A DNA stretch of 60,505 nt, filler included. It is 6 parts of 6 records of this genome, joined end to end, with 100 filler letters (N's around TTAATTAATTAA, not from the genome) between each part and the next. Parts side by side here need not be neighbours in the genome. Positions count along the whole stretch, not along the records: positions 49,934 to 60,505 come from SRR22947727_682; 5 more parts are not named here. One strand, 5' to 3'. The position numbers were made by a program, and so were the translations under genes. Shown in pieces: positions 49,934 to 59,718 of this stretch. Numbering within the stretch: position 1 is the first letter of the stretch; each line of letters starts with the position of its first letter. The notes beneath the pieces are model-generated. The model made no database searches, had not been told where the DNA came from, and saw nothing but the letters and a program-made list of their open reading frames with translations.

Positions 49934-50468
49934 ATTAAATTTGAAATTTACAAAAAATACTAAAAAATACCTTTTAAAAGATCTCCTAACTTCTGAAAAA
50001 AATCTTTTAACGTTTAATGTTGATCACAGTTCAAACTTTAATGGTAATAAAATTTTAATATCTAACAAAGATTTTACCATTAATCAGCATACGTTTGATC
50101 TTTTAAAACTTAATACATTCTCTATCCTTTTATCAAAAACTGGTCTTATATTAGAAATATTTGATAATAGTTTAAAAAATCCATTTTTAGAGAATGAAAT
50201 TGAGTCATCTGCTTATACTGACGACAACCCTAGAAATGAAAATCCAAGTTTGATAAGAGAAAACTTAACAAAGCATTGTGATAATTTTTATAATATTCCC
50301 AATAGATTAAAAGCAATTAAAAAAGGTTTTGCATTATTAAAAAAAAATAACGGTATTTTATTTATAATTGGCAAAGGACATGAAGAAACGCAGGTATATA
50401 AAAATATAACACATAAATTTAGTGATATAGAAGAAAGTATAAAAATTGCAAAAAATATTAATTTCTAA
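49934..50468 (+). CDS. murE: MurE C-terminal fragment joined in frame to non-MurE sequence
   Basis: TDDNPRNE, NRLKAI, GKGHEETQ, FSDIE in the last ~85 aa; upstream ~90 aa lack DYAH and FGCGG. Confidence 0.65.
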
Positions 50469-51756
50469 GATTGTTAAAATTATTATTGAAAAGAATCCTA
50501 GATTTGTCTTTGACTCTAGAAATATAAAAAAAGGTGATATTTTTATTGGTATTAAAACAAAAAATGATGACGGAAGTAATTATATTGATTCTGCATTAAA
50601 AAAGGGTTGCTTATTAGCAATAATCAATTCAAAACATTCTAATAAAAAAGTTATTTACACAATGAATGTTACAAAGTTCATTAAGTTAATAGCATATGAA
50701 GTTCTCAATAAATACAAAGGAAAAGTTATTGCTATTACTGGTTCTGTTGGCAAAACTACAATGAAAGAAAATATATCTAATTATTTATTTAGTAAAAATA
50801 TTACTCATTTTAAATCTTATAAAAATTTTAATAATGAACTTGGATTAATATTTAATATTTTAAATATTAAATTTAATAGTACCTATTCAATTTTCGAGTT
50901 AGGTATTAGTAAGATAAATGAAATGAAAAAACTCACTAATATTCTTAATCCTCATTATGTTTTAATAACAAATATTGAGGATTCTCATATTGGTAATTTT
51001 GAGTCGTATAAATCTTTAATGTTAAATAAGTTATATTTACTAAATTCAAATAGACTTAGTTTTGGTTTAATTAATTTCAGAAAAAACATAAATTTAATTC
51101 CAAATAAATATAAGTCTAATAAAAAAATTAGTTTTATTAATTTGGAAAAAGATGTTGATAATTTAAAAATAAAAACATTAAAAAAATTATCCAAAATTAG
51201 TTTTAATTTTTCTACAAATAAATACTTCATAAAGTCAGAGTCTAATAATATCATTAATATTAAAATTGCTTTATTCACTTTTTTAGCTATGAAAAATATT
51301 GTCAGTACTTCTTTAAAAGATAATTTTTTCCATATTAAATCCTTATTGCCAGGACACGGATATATTATTAAAAATAATAAAAAATACACTATTTATGATC
51401 ATAGCTATAATGCAAGCCCATACTCTCTTAGGGAAAATCTTATGTCTTTTCTAAATATGCCATTATATAATAAATACGATATTATTATAATTGGTTCTAT
51501 GAAAGAGCTTGGTAAAGTTTCATCTTTTTATCACAAGCAAATTATTGAAATTGTAAAAAATAATAACAATATTTTTTTAATAGGTGATGAATTCTATAAA
51601 TTAATTAATAAGTATGAGTCTAAAAACCTAATCTTTTTTAGAAATTATTATGAATCTTTGCCTCATATAATTAAGAGATTAAATAAATGTAAGAATATAT
51701 TTATTATGGGTTCACATGGTAATAAACTTGATATGGTTGTTAAAGAATTATGTTAG
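50446..51756 (+). CDS. murF: UDP-MurNAc-tripeptide:D-Ala-D-Ala ligase
   Basis: FDSR, ITGSVGKTT, NFNNELGL, FELGIS, DHSYNASP, GSMKELG. Confidence 0.92.
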   Translation: MQKILISKIVKIIIEKNPRFVFDSRNIKKGDIFIGIKTKNDDGSNYIDSALKKGCLLAIINSKHSNKKVIYTMNVTKFIKLIAYEVLNKYKGKVIAITGSVGKTTMKENISNYLFSKNITHFKSYKNFNNELGLIFNILNIKFNSTYSIFELGISKINEMKKLTNILNPHYVLITNIEDSHIGNFESYKSLMLNKLYLLNSNRLSFGLINFRKNINLIPNKYKSNKKISFINLEKDVDNLKIKTLKKLSKISFNFSTNKYFIKSESNNIINIKIALFTFLAMKNIVSTSLKDNFFHIKSLLPGHGYIIKNNKKYTIYDHSYNASPYSLRENLMSFLNMPLYNKYDIIIIGSMKELGKVSSFYHKQIIEIVKNNNNIFLIGDEFYKLINKYESKNLIFFRNYYESLPHIIKRLNKCKNIFIMGSHGNKLDMVVKELC

Positions 51757-52823
51757 CAGATTTCTTATTTTCGTTTCAGAGTTTTAGTACCTTTTTTAAT
51801 CTTTTTGGTTATATTTCTTTTAGATCTGGTTTAGCTCTTATCTCTTCCTTTTTTATCGTCTTTTTGATTATGCCATACTGGATTAGTATACAAAATAGAC
51901 TCTTTCCATCGGGTCAACCTATTAGATCAGACGGCCCTGGTACCCATTTATCTAAAGAGGGTACTCCTGCACTTGGTGGTGTATTAATAATTTTTTCAAT
52001 TGTTATTAGTACGATTTTATGGACCTCTTCTTTTTCCAAATTTAGTTACATAGTAATTTTATCCTTTGTATTATTTGGACTACTTGGCTTTTCAGATGAT
52101 TATCTTAAAATTAAATATAGAAGAGGTGTTTCATCTAAAATAAAGTTTTTATTTCAAATTATAATTACGTTATTTTTATTATATCTCATTAATCAATACA
52201 TAATTGATTTAACCAGACTTTATCTTCCATTTTTTAAAAATTTTTCTCTTGAATTAGGTTTTTTTTACGTTTTCTTTGCTATTTTTGTGATTGTAGGTTC
52301 GACTAACGCAACAAATTTAACTGATGGTCTTGATGGTCTTGTATCAATGCCATTAATATTTGTTTTTTTAACGTTTGCAGTTTTTTCTTATATTATAGGA
52401 AATGCTATTTATTCAGAATACTTGCTATTAAATTTTGTTCCAAGCTCTGCTGAGTTAGTTATTGTTTGTACTGCTTCTATAGGAGCACTTTTAGCTTTCC
52501 TTTGGTTTAATTCACATCCTGCTGAAATTTTTATGGGAGATACTGGATCGCAATCATTGGGCGGTAGCCTAGCTGTAATATCAATATTATTAAAACAAGA
52601 ATTTGTTTTAGCCATAGCAGGTGGTTTATTTGTTATTGAAGCTATTTCTGTATCAATTCAGGTTATTTATTTTAGATTTACAAAAAAAAGATTTTTCCTA
52701 ATGGCACCTCTTCACCATCATTATGAAAAAAAAGGAATATCTGAACAAAAAATAGTTATTAGATTTTGGATAGTGGGTTTTATATTTTGCCTATTAGCTT
52801 TATCTTTATTGAAAATTAGATAG
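51750..52823 (+). CDS. mraY: Phospho-MurNAc-pentapeptide translocase
   Basis: KEGTPALGG, NATNLTDGLDGL, FMGDTGS, MAPLHHHYE. Confidence 0.97.
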   Translation: MLADFLFSFQSFSTFFNLFGYISFRSGLALISSFFIVFLIMPYWISIQNRLFPSGQPIRSDGPGTHLSKEGTPALGGVLIIFSIVISTILWTSSFSKFSYIVILSFVLFGLLGFSDDYLKIKYRRGVSSKIKFLFQIIITLFLLYLINQYIIDLTRLYLPFFKNFSLELGFFYVFFAIFVIVGSTNATNLTDGLDGLVSMPLIFVFLTFAVFSYIIGNAIYSEYLLLNFVPSSAELVIVCTASIGALLAFLWFNSHPAEIFMGDTGSQSLGGSLAVISILLKQEFVLAIAGGLFVIEAISVSIQVIYFRFTKKRFFLMAPLHHHYEKKGISEQKIVIRFWIVGFIFCLLALSLLKIR

Positions 52824-54086
52824 TTGATTGATTTTAATAAAATATTTTTTGTTTATGGCCTTGGTGTCAGTGGAACATCTGTAATTAAATTCTTAAGGAA
52901 TTATAAATATAATTTTAAAGCATATGATGATGATGATAGTAAAATTAAATTACTAAAAAAAAAAGAAATATGTAAAAAAGAAAACCTATTAAAAATTTTG
53001 GAAGAAGTTACTTACATATGCATATCTCCCTCTATTTCATTAAGAAATCATCCAATTTTATTAAAATTTAAGCGTAAAATTATTTTAGATTTAGATATTT
53101 TAGGATCTTTAATTGAAAAAGAAAATAATGTCAAAACTATAGGAATAACTGGTACTGAAGGTAAATCTAGTGTTGGAAATTATTTAAATAGTACTTTAAA
53201 TAAAAAAAATAAATCTATATTGCTAGGAAATATAGGTACAACAATACTACAAAAAAAAAATATACGTAAGATTATAAACAGTTATGATTATATTATTTTT
53301 GAGCTTAGTTCCTATCAATTAGATAAAATAAAATACCTTAAACTAAATATTGGCTGCATTACTAATCTATATCCTGATCACCTTAAGTATCACCTTAATT
53401 TTAAAAAATATATCGAAACAAAACTATCTATTAAAAATCTTCTTAAAATTAACGGCAGTGTTTTAATTAATCCAGGAACTTTAAAAGTAATTGATGATAA
53501 AAAGTTTAAAATAAGTAAGAAATTTAAACTTTTTAGAATAAAAAAAATAAGCACAACAAATGTATTTGTAAATGAAAACATCTCATTAGTTTCAGAAATT
53601 ATGTCTTTTTTTGGGCATACTATTAATTTAAATGAAAATATTGATATTAATAATCTTCCTTTTAGAAATCAAATTATTGTTAATACTAGAAAATTGAAAA
53701 TATATAATGATAGTAAATCCACTAATATTTTAAATTCAATTAAAACTTTTAATTTAATTAATAGTAATTCAAAAATTCTTATTTTAGGAGGTCTTCTTAA
53801 AAAAATTAATTTGGAAATACCAAAAATTCAAAATTCTACCATATTAATTTTTGGAAAGGACGTGGATAAATTTTATCAAATTCTTCATCACTCAAATTCA
53901 AATATTATTAAATTTCTAAACCTTAAAGATTTAGTTATTTTTTTATCTCATCTAATAAATGCAAGTAATAATACAAACCATGTCTTATTTTCACCTGGTG
54001 GTGAGTCTTTTGATTTTTATAAGAATTTTTCTGTCAGAGGAAATCATTTTAATAAATTAGTTAAGAAATATATTAATGAATCGTAA
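52824..54086 (+). CDS. murD: UDP-MurNAc-L-Ala:D-Glu ligase (divergent)
   Basis: GLGVSG, ITGTEGKSS, ELSSYQL, PDHL.YH, NDSKSTN, FSPGGESFD. Confidence 0.92.
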   Translation: MIDFNKIFFVYGLGVSGTSVIKFLRNYKYNFKAYDDDDSKIKLLKKKEICKKENLLKILEEVTYICISPSISLRNHPILLKFKRKIILDLDILGSLIEKENNVKTIGITGTEGKSSVGNYLNSTLNKKNKSILLGNIGTTILQKKNIRKIINSYDYIIFELSSYQLDKIKYLKLNIGCITNLYPDHLKYHLNFKKYIETKLSIKNLLKINGSVLINPGTLKVIDDKKFKISKKFKLFRIKKISTTNVFVNENISLVSEIMSFFGHTINLNENIDINNLPFRNQIIVNTRKLKIYNDSKSTNILNSIKTFNLINSNSKILILGGLLKKINLEIPKIQNSTILIFGKDVDKFYQILHHSNSNIIKFLNLKDLVIFLSHLINASNNTNHVLFSPGGESFDFYKNFSVRGNHFNKLVKKYINES

Positions 54087-55158
54087 TAATTACATTACAG
54101 ATAATTCCTTATTTTCTCTATTTTTGAAATCAATAGATAAAAAATTAATCTTTATTCCATTATCTTTAATTATCATTGGTATATTTACTCTGTTTTCTCT
54201 TAGAGCTGACTTAAACTTATTAAAACATATTATTTACGTTTCTATTTCACTTACCGCATTTATCGTTATTATTTTTCTAAAAAAAAATGATTTAAAAATT
54301 ATTCTAAACTTTTCATTATTTGCATTAATTAGTTTATTAATTTTTACACATTTTTTTGGCCATGCTGAAAACGGCTCTCAAAGATGGATTAAATATTTTG
54401 GTCTCTCACTTCAACCATCTGAGGTAATTAAAGGTCCGTTTATTTGTTTTATCTCATGGTTTTATTATTTAAGTCTGAAAAACACAAATTATAAAATTAT
54501 TTTCTTTCCATTTACAATTTCTGTTCTAGTTATTTCATTAATAGCTTCCCAACCAGATTTTGCTACTTCTATCTATTTTTTTATTTCCTTTTCTTTAGTT
54601 TCAATCCTCTATATTAGAAAAATCAAATTTTTATTTCTGCTTTCTCTTATTGGAATTTTTTTTATGACTTTAGTTATATTTCTTAACTCCTATATAAGAG
54701 ATAGGATTTTTGGTTTTTTTTTTAATACTAGCATTCAAGTTCAATCTAGTTTGGAGGCAATTAACAAAGGAGGTTTAATTGGTGTAGGTTTGGGAGAGGG
54801 TCAGTTAAAATATTCCATTCCAGAAAATCAAAATGATTTTATTTTTTCAATTATTATAGAAGAGGTAGGTATACTATTTGGTATAATAATAGTCTTTTTA
54901 TATCCTATGTATTTATATCTTGTTAAAAAAGCATCTGATTCTCTTGATAATCTTTTTTTAAAAAACACAGTTTTCGTTTTAGCTTTCATGACCTGTTTTC
55001 AGGCATTCGTAAATATTTCTACTTCTATTAATTTGTTTGTTCCAACTGGAATGCCTTTACCTTTTGTTAGTTCTGGAGGATCATCATTGCTTTCATATGC
55101 CATAATATTTGCTACAGTGTCTAACTTTACTAAAAATGAAAAAAGCACTTTTAATTAA
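54076..55158 (+). CDS. ftsW: FtsW SEDS glycosyltransferase
   Basis: NGSQRWI..LQPSEVIK, QPDF, PENQNDFIFSIIIEEVG, PTGMPLPFVSSGGSS. Confidence 0.92.
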   Translation: MNRNNYITDNSLFSLFLKSIDKKLIFIPLSLIIIGIFTLFSLRADLNLLKHIIYVSISLTAFIVIIFLKKNDLKIILNFSLFALISLLIFTHFFGHAENGSQRWIKYFGLSLQPSEVIKGPFICFISWFYYLSLKNTNYKIIFFPFTISVLVISLIASQPDFATSIYFFISFSLVSILYIRKIKFLFLLSLIGIFFMTLVIFLNSYIRDRIFGFFFNTSIQVQSSLEAINKGGLIGVGLGEGQLKYSIPENQNDFIFSIIIEEVGILFGIIIVFLYPMYLYLVKKASDSLDNLFLKNTVFVLAFMTCFQAFVNISTSINLFVPTGMPLPFVSSGGSSLLSYAIIFATVSNFTKNEKSTFN

Positions 55159-55816
55159 CCATCATAGGCCATTCGATTCCGGTCTTGTTTCTAAAGTATT
55201 ATTTGAGTCTCATTTTCTTATTTCAACTATCAATTCTAATGATGTTAAACTTTTAAATTTATCTGATATTAAAAATTATAATTTAGTAATCTTTTTTGGT
55301 GGAAATGCTAGTGCTAATGACCGTTCTCTTAGTATAAAGTCCGAGTTTAATTTAATTGAGATATTAGCTAAATATCAAATACCAACTATTGGTATATGTC
55401 TGGGTGCACAATTAATAGCTAAATTCTATGGTTCTAAAATTATATTTAATGATGATAAAAAAAGCGAAATCGGATATCGTGAGATCATTAATCCTGACTT
55501 AAATACTTTTAAAAAAAATAATGCAACTTTTATGCAATTTCATAATCAAGGTATTTGTCAAAATAAATTTATGAATGTACTTGGTTTTGGTAGGTCTTTT
55601 GAAGTTGACGCTTTTAAAATTAAAAAAATGCCTTTTTATGGCCTGCAATTCCACCCCGAAGTTGATGGTCCTACTATTCTAAGATGGTATTCAACTAATA
55701 GTGAGCGAATTTCTAAATATAAAGATAGTTTGAAAAAATCTCTCATTAATTATAAGAAATTTAGTCCCGAAAATTATATTTGGTTAAAAAGTTTTTTATT
55801 AAGAGTATTAAAATAA
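55136..55816 (+). CDS. Class I glutamine amidotransferase-like protein
   Basis: FFGG, GICLGAQ (Cys), EIGY, QFHPE (His-Glu); ATG 55136 preferred. Confidence 0.88.
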   Translation: MKKALLINHHRPFDSGLVSKVLFESHFLISTINSNDVKLLNLSDIKNYNLVIFFGGNASANDRSLSIKSEFNLIEILAKYQIPTIGICLGAQLIAKFYGSKIIFNDDKKSEIGYREIINPDLNTFKKNNATFMQFHNQGICQNKFMNVLGFGRSFEVDAFKIKKMPFYGLQFHPEVDGPTILRWYSTNSERISKYKDSLKKSLINYKKFSPENYIWLKSFLLRVLK

Positions 55817-56755
55817 ATGAAAATTAATTTTATTATGGATGATGAGTACCTTAATCATGACACAGGTAAGTCTCATCCTGAAAACATTGAAAGATATTTA
55901 ATTGTAAAATCCCTTATTGAAGAAAAATATTCTCAACATAATTTTATTAAACCTAGAGAAGTCTCTTTAGAGGAATTATATTCAATTCATCAAACTGAAT
56001 ATGTGAATAATATAATTAATTCTATTCCGGACAAAAATTTTTTTTATTATGACCCAGATACAATAGGAAGCTCAACAAGTTTGAAAAGCTATTTATTAGC
56101 TGCTGGTGGATCTATACTTGCTTTTGAAGAAATAATTAGAATGAATTATCTAAAAAAAAATAGTTCTTTTTTTTGTGCTCATAGACCTCCAGGCCATCAT
56201 GCTGAAGCATCAAAAGCAATGGGATTTGGTGTTTTCAATAATGTGGCAGTGTCAGCTGCTAATGCATTTAAAAATCCTAATATTAATAATATTCTTATTG
56301 TAGATTTTGACGTACATCATGGAAATGGCACACAGCACTCATTTGAAAATAATCCAAATATTGTTTATGCATCAAGTCATCAATTTCCTTTTTATCCTGG
56401 TTCAGGGGATATAGCTGAGACGGGGTGTGGTAATATTTATAATTGTCCTTTAGAGGCAGGTGTTAATTCAAAAGAATTTAGATACTTGTTTGAAAAGCAT
56501 ATAATTTCTCCAATTAATCGAGATTTTGATTTAATTTATTTTTCTGCAGGCTTTGATGCACATTATAAAGACCCTCTAGCTTCTATAAATTTAATTGACG
56601 AAGATTTTTATTGGGTTACAGATATAGTATTAAATAAATTTGGTGGTCAAACGCCTGTTATTTCTGTTCTTGAAGGAGGATATGATAAGGAGGGTTTAAA
56701 AAATGGCTTAGATGAACATTTAAAGGCTCTTTATGAATATAATAAAAATGAATAA
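55817..56755 (+). CDS. Histone deacetylase-family amidohydrolase
   Basis: HPE...R, RPPGHHA, DFDVHHGNGTQ, SAGFDAH..DPL, LEGGY. Confidence 0.95.
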   Translation: MKINFIMDDEYLNHDTGKSHPENIERYLIVKSLIEEKYSQHNFIKPREVSLEELYSIHQTEYVNNIINSIPDKNFFYYDPDTIGSSTSLKSYLLAAGGSILAFEEIIRMNYLKKNSSFFCAHRPPGHHAEASKAMGFGVFNNVAVSAANAFKNPNINNILIVDFDVHHGNGTQHSFENNPNIVYASSHQFPFYPGSGDIAETGCGNIYNCPLEAGVNSKEFRYLFEKHIISPINRDFDLIYFSAGFDAHYKDPLASINLIDEDFYWVTDIVLNKFGGQTPVISVLEGGYDKEGLKNGLDEHLKALYEYNKNE

Positions 56756-56975
56756 AAAAAATGATGAATTAAATTTTGAAGATTCTTTAATGAGGTTAGA
56801 GCAAATTGCAGAACTTTTAGAAAACGAAAATACCCCCCTTGAAGAGAGTATTTCTTTATTTGAGGAAGGAATTGCACTTAAAGAAATATGTGACCAAAAA
56901 CTTAAAAAAGCAAAATTAAAAATTGAAAAAATTATTAAATCTAAGAATACAATTACTACTGAAGACTTTGAATGA
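56748..56975 (+). CDS. xseB: Exodeoxyribonuclease VII small subunit
   Basis: FEDSLMRLEQI...LEESISLFEEG...C...L..A; upstream of ispA. Confidence 0.93.
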   Translation: MNKKNDELNFEDSLMRLEQIAELLENENTPLEESISLFEEGIALKEICDQKLKKAKLKIEKIIKSKNTITTEDFE

Positions 56976-57856
56976 GATTTAATGAAAAACAATTATCTCA
57001 ATTCAAAAAATTCTTTGAATTAAAAGCATCAAAAGAATTACAAAAATTAAAAAATCATGAAAAAAATATTTATGGATCTATTCAATATTCATTTTCAACA
57101 GGAGGAAAAAGATTAAGACCATTTTTAATATACTTTTTTGGTTCTTTTTTTAATTTAAATAAAAAAGCTTTAATGGATATGGGTATTACAGTAGAGCTAA
57201 CTCATACATACTCACTAATTCATGATGATTTACCTGCTATGGATGATGATGATATAAGAAGAGGTAAGCCAACAATTCATAAAAAATTTAATGAAGCTAC
57301 AGCTATTTTGTGTGGAGATGCACTTCAAGTAGTCGCTTTTCATAAAATCTCTAAATCAGCTCATATCTCTGATAGTCATAAAATTAAAATTATTGATCTA
57401 TTATGTCAATGTAGTGGTTTAAATGGTCTCATCAGTGGCCAGAGTTTAGATTTGAATATGACAAAATCATCCCCAATTAATAAAATTAATAAAATGCAAG
57501 ATTTAAAAACTGGAGCCTTATTTAAATTTTGTTTTGTATCATTGGGTATTTTAAAAAATTTTAATGCAAAACAAATTTCTCATCTAGAAAAACTTTCATT
57601 TGAATTTGGTAAAATTTTTCAAATTACTGATGATTTGCTAGATTTTCATGGTTCTTTTGAAAAAGTTGGAAAAAAGTTAAGAAAAGATTTTAACAAATCA
57701 AATATAGCATATAAAATTGGATACGAAAAATGCTTAGAAAAAATTTCTATTCACAAAAAAAATTTTATTAAGTATTGCGATAAATTAGAAATTAAAAATA
57801 GTGATATCATAAATATTGACTTACTATTAAGTTATATTATCAGAAGAGATTTTTAA
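56972..57856 (+). CDS. ispA: Farnesyl diphosphate synthase
   Basis: GGKRLRP, SLIHDDLPAMDDDDIRRG, GQSLD, KTGAL, FQITDDLLD. Confidence 0.93.
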   Translation: MRFNEKQLSQFKKFFELKASKELQKLKNHEKNIYGSIQYSFSTGGKRLRPFLIYFFGSFFNLNKKALMDMGITVELTHTYSLIHDDLPAMDDDDIRRGKPTIHKKFNEATAILCGDALQVVAFHKISKSAHISDSHKIKIIDLLCQCSGLNGLISGQSLDLNMTKSSPINKINKMQDLKTGALFKFCFVSLGILKNFNAKQISHLEKLSFEFGKIFQITDDLLDFHGSFEKVGKKLRKDFNKSNIAYKIGYEKCLEKISIHKKNFIKYCDKLEIKNSDIINIDLLLSYIIRRDF

Positions 57857-59718
57857 TGAAATTTATAAGTAAAATTAACAACCCTAGAGACTTAAAAAAA
57901 TATTCTATTAATGATTTAGAGCAAATATGCGGTGAATTAAGAAATTTTACTATTGACGCTGTATCAAAAACTGGAGGTCATCTTGGTGCCAGCTTGGGTG
58001 TAGTAGAATTGACGGTAGCATTGCATTATGTATTCAACACACCGCAAGATAAAATTATTTGGGATGTAGGGCATCAGGCCTATCCTCACAAAATACTTAC
58101 AGAACGTAAAAGTAAGATACACACGCTTAGAAAGAAAAATGGACTTTCGGGATTCACTAAAAGATCTGAGAGTATTTACGACCCATTTGGTGCTGCTCAT
58201 AGTTCTACTTCTCTAGCTGCGAATTTAGGTATGACTGTAGCTAGAGATATTTTGAAAAAAAAATTTGATGTAGTAAGTGTCATAGGTGATGGAGCAATTA
58301 GTGCCGGTATGGCATTTGAAGGTCTTAATAACATTGGTCATTTGAATAAAAATTCTCTTATCATCTTAAATGATAATGAAATGTCGATTGCTAAACCTGT
58401 TGGAGCTATGAGTAATTATCTAGTCAAGTTACTTAGTTCTAAAACTTATATAAACGTTAAGGATGCAATTAAAAAATTTACAAGTAATCTGCCTACAGAA
58501 GTTGAAACTTTCGCAAAAAAAACTGAGGAATACTTAAAAGGTTATATAACTGGTAATACTTTATTTGAAGAACTTGGTTTAAACTATATTGGTCCGATTG
58601 ATGGACACAATACAACTTTACTTGTTGAGTTATTTAAAAAATTTAAGAATAAAGAACTAACTGGCCCTATTTTTTTACACCTTGTTACCGAAAAAGGTAA
58701 AGGTTATGCACCAGCTGAACAGTCTTCTGATAAATTTCATGGTGTATCAAGTTTTGATATAAGTTCTGGTGCTCAAAAAAAATCTCAAGATATCACATAC
58801 ACCAAAGTAGTTTCAAAAACTTTACTACAGATTGGAAAAATTGATAAAAAAGTTGTAGCTATTACTGCAGCCATGCCTGGTGGAACAGGCCTTAGCGATT
58901 TTCAAAATAAATTTCCTGAAAGGTGTTTCGATGTTGGTATTGCTGAACAGCATGCTGTTACATTTGCAGCAGGTTTATCAACTCAAGATATAAAACCTTT
59001 TACCGCAATTTATTCTACTTTTCTTCAGAGAGCCTATGATCAAGTAGTTCACGATGTTGCAATTCAATCGTTACCTGTTCGTTTCTTAATAGATAGATCT
59101 GGATACGTTGGCGCAGATGGCGCCACTCATGCGGGTTCATTCGATTTAACTTACTTATCTTGTCTTCCTAATTTTATTGTTATGGCTCCTTCTGATGGGG
59201 ATGATTTAAAAAATATGATTTATACATCACTTTTTATTAATAAAAATCCTTCAGCGATTAGGTACCCAAGAGATACAGTTATTAATTATAATGAAAAAAC
59301 TAAATTTAAAAAAATTCCAATTGGAAAATGTAATATTATACAAAAAGGTAAAAAAATAGCTCTTTTAAATCTTGGAACTCGAATAGCTTCCGTTAAAGGT
59401 GTATCTAAATTGCTTGAAAAAAATCATAAAATTAAACCAACAATTATTGATATGAGATTTGCAAAACCTATTGATACATCTATTTTAAAAACTTTAACAA
59501 AAAATCATGATTGTTTTGTAACTATTGAGGAAAATTCAATTGGTGGTTTTTCCTCTCAAGTTAACAATTATTTCATTCAAATGAAAAAAACACCCATGCT
59601 TGTAAATTGTTTTATGCCTGATGAATTTCTTGATCATTCAGATATGAATGATCAATATACTACTGCAAAATTAGATACGGATAGTATTTATAAAAAAATA
59701 TCCAAGAAATATTTTTAA
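57856..59718 (+). CDS. dxs: 1-deoxy-D-xylulose-5-phosphate synthase
   Basis: GGHLGASLG, WDVGHQAYPHK, GDGA...NDN, IAEQHAV, YSTFLQRAYDQ, DGATH. Confidence 0.98.
   Translation: MKFISKINNPRDLKKYSINDLEQICGELRNFTIDAVSKTGGHLGASLGVVELTVALHYVFNTPQDKIIWDVGHQAYPHKILTERKSKIHTLRKKNGLSGFTKRSESIYDPFGAAHSSTSLAANLGMTVARDILKKKFDVVSVIGDGAISAGMAFEGLNNIGHLNKNSLIILNDNEMSIAKPVGAMSNYLVKLLSSKTYINVKDAIKKFTSNLPTEVETFAKKTEEYLKGYITGNTLFEELGLNYIGPIDGHNTTLLVELFKKFKNKELTGPIFLHLVTEKGKGYAPAEQSSDKFHGVSSFDISSGAQKKSQDITYTKVVSKTLLQIGKIDKKVVAITAAMPGGTGLSDFQNKFPERCFDVGIAEQHAVTFAAGLSTQDIKPFTAIYSTFLQRAYDQVVHDVAIQSLPVRFLIDRSGYVGADGATHAGSFDLTYLSCLPNFIVMAPSDGDDLKNMIYTSLFINKNPSAIRYPRDTVINYNEKTKFKKIPIGKCNIIQKGKKIALLNLGTRIASVKGVSKLLEKNHKIKPTIIDMRFAKPIDTSILKTLTKNHDCFVTIEENSIGGFSSQVNNYFIQMKKTPMLVNCFMPDEFLDHSDMNDQYTTAKLDTDSIYKKISKKYF

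Noticed and set aside
50446-55158. Duplicated dcw cluster (second murF, mraY, murD, ftsW) in one genome
   Set aside because: Different contig with very divergent sequence and architecture; most simply a different organism
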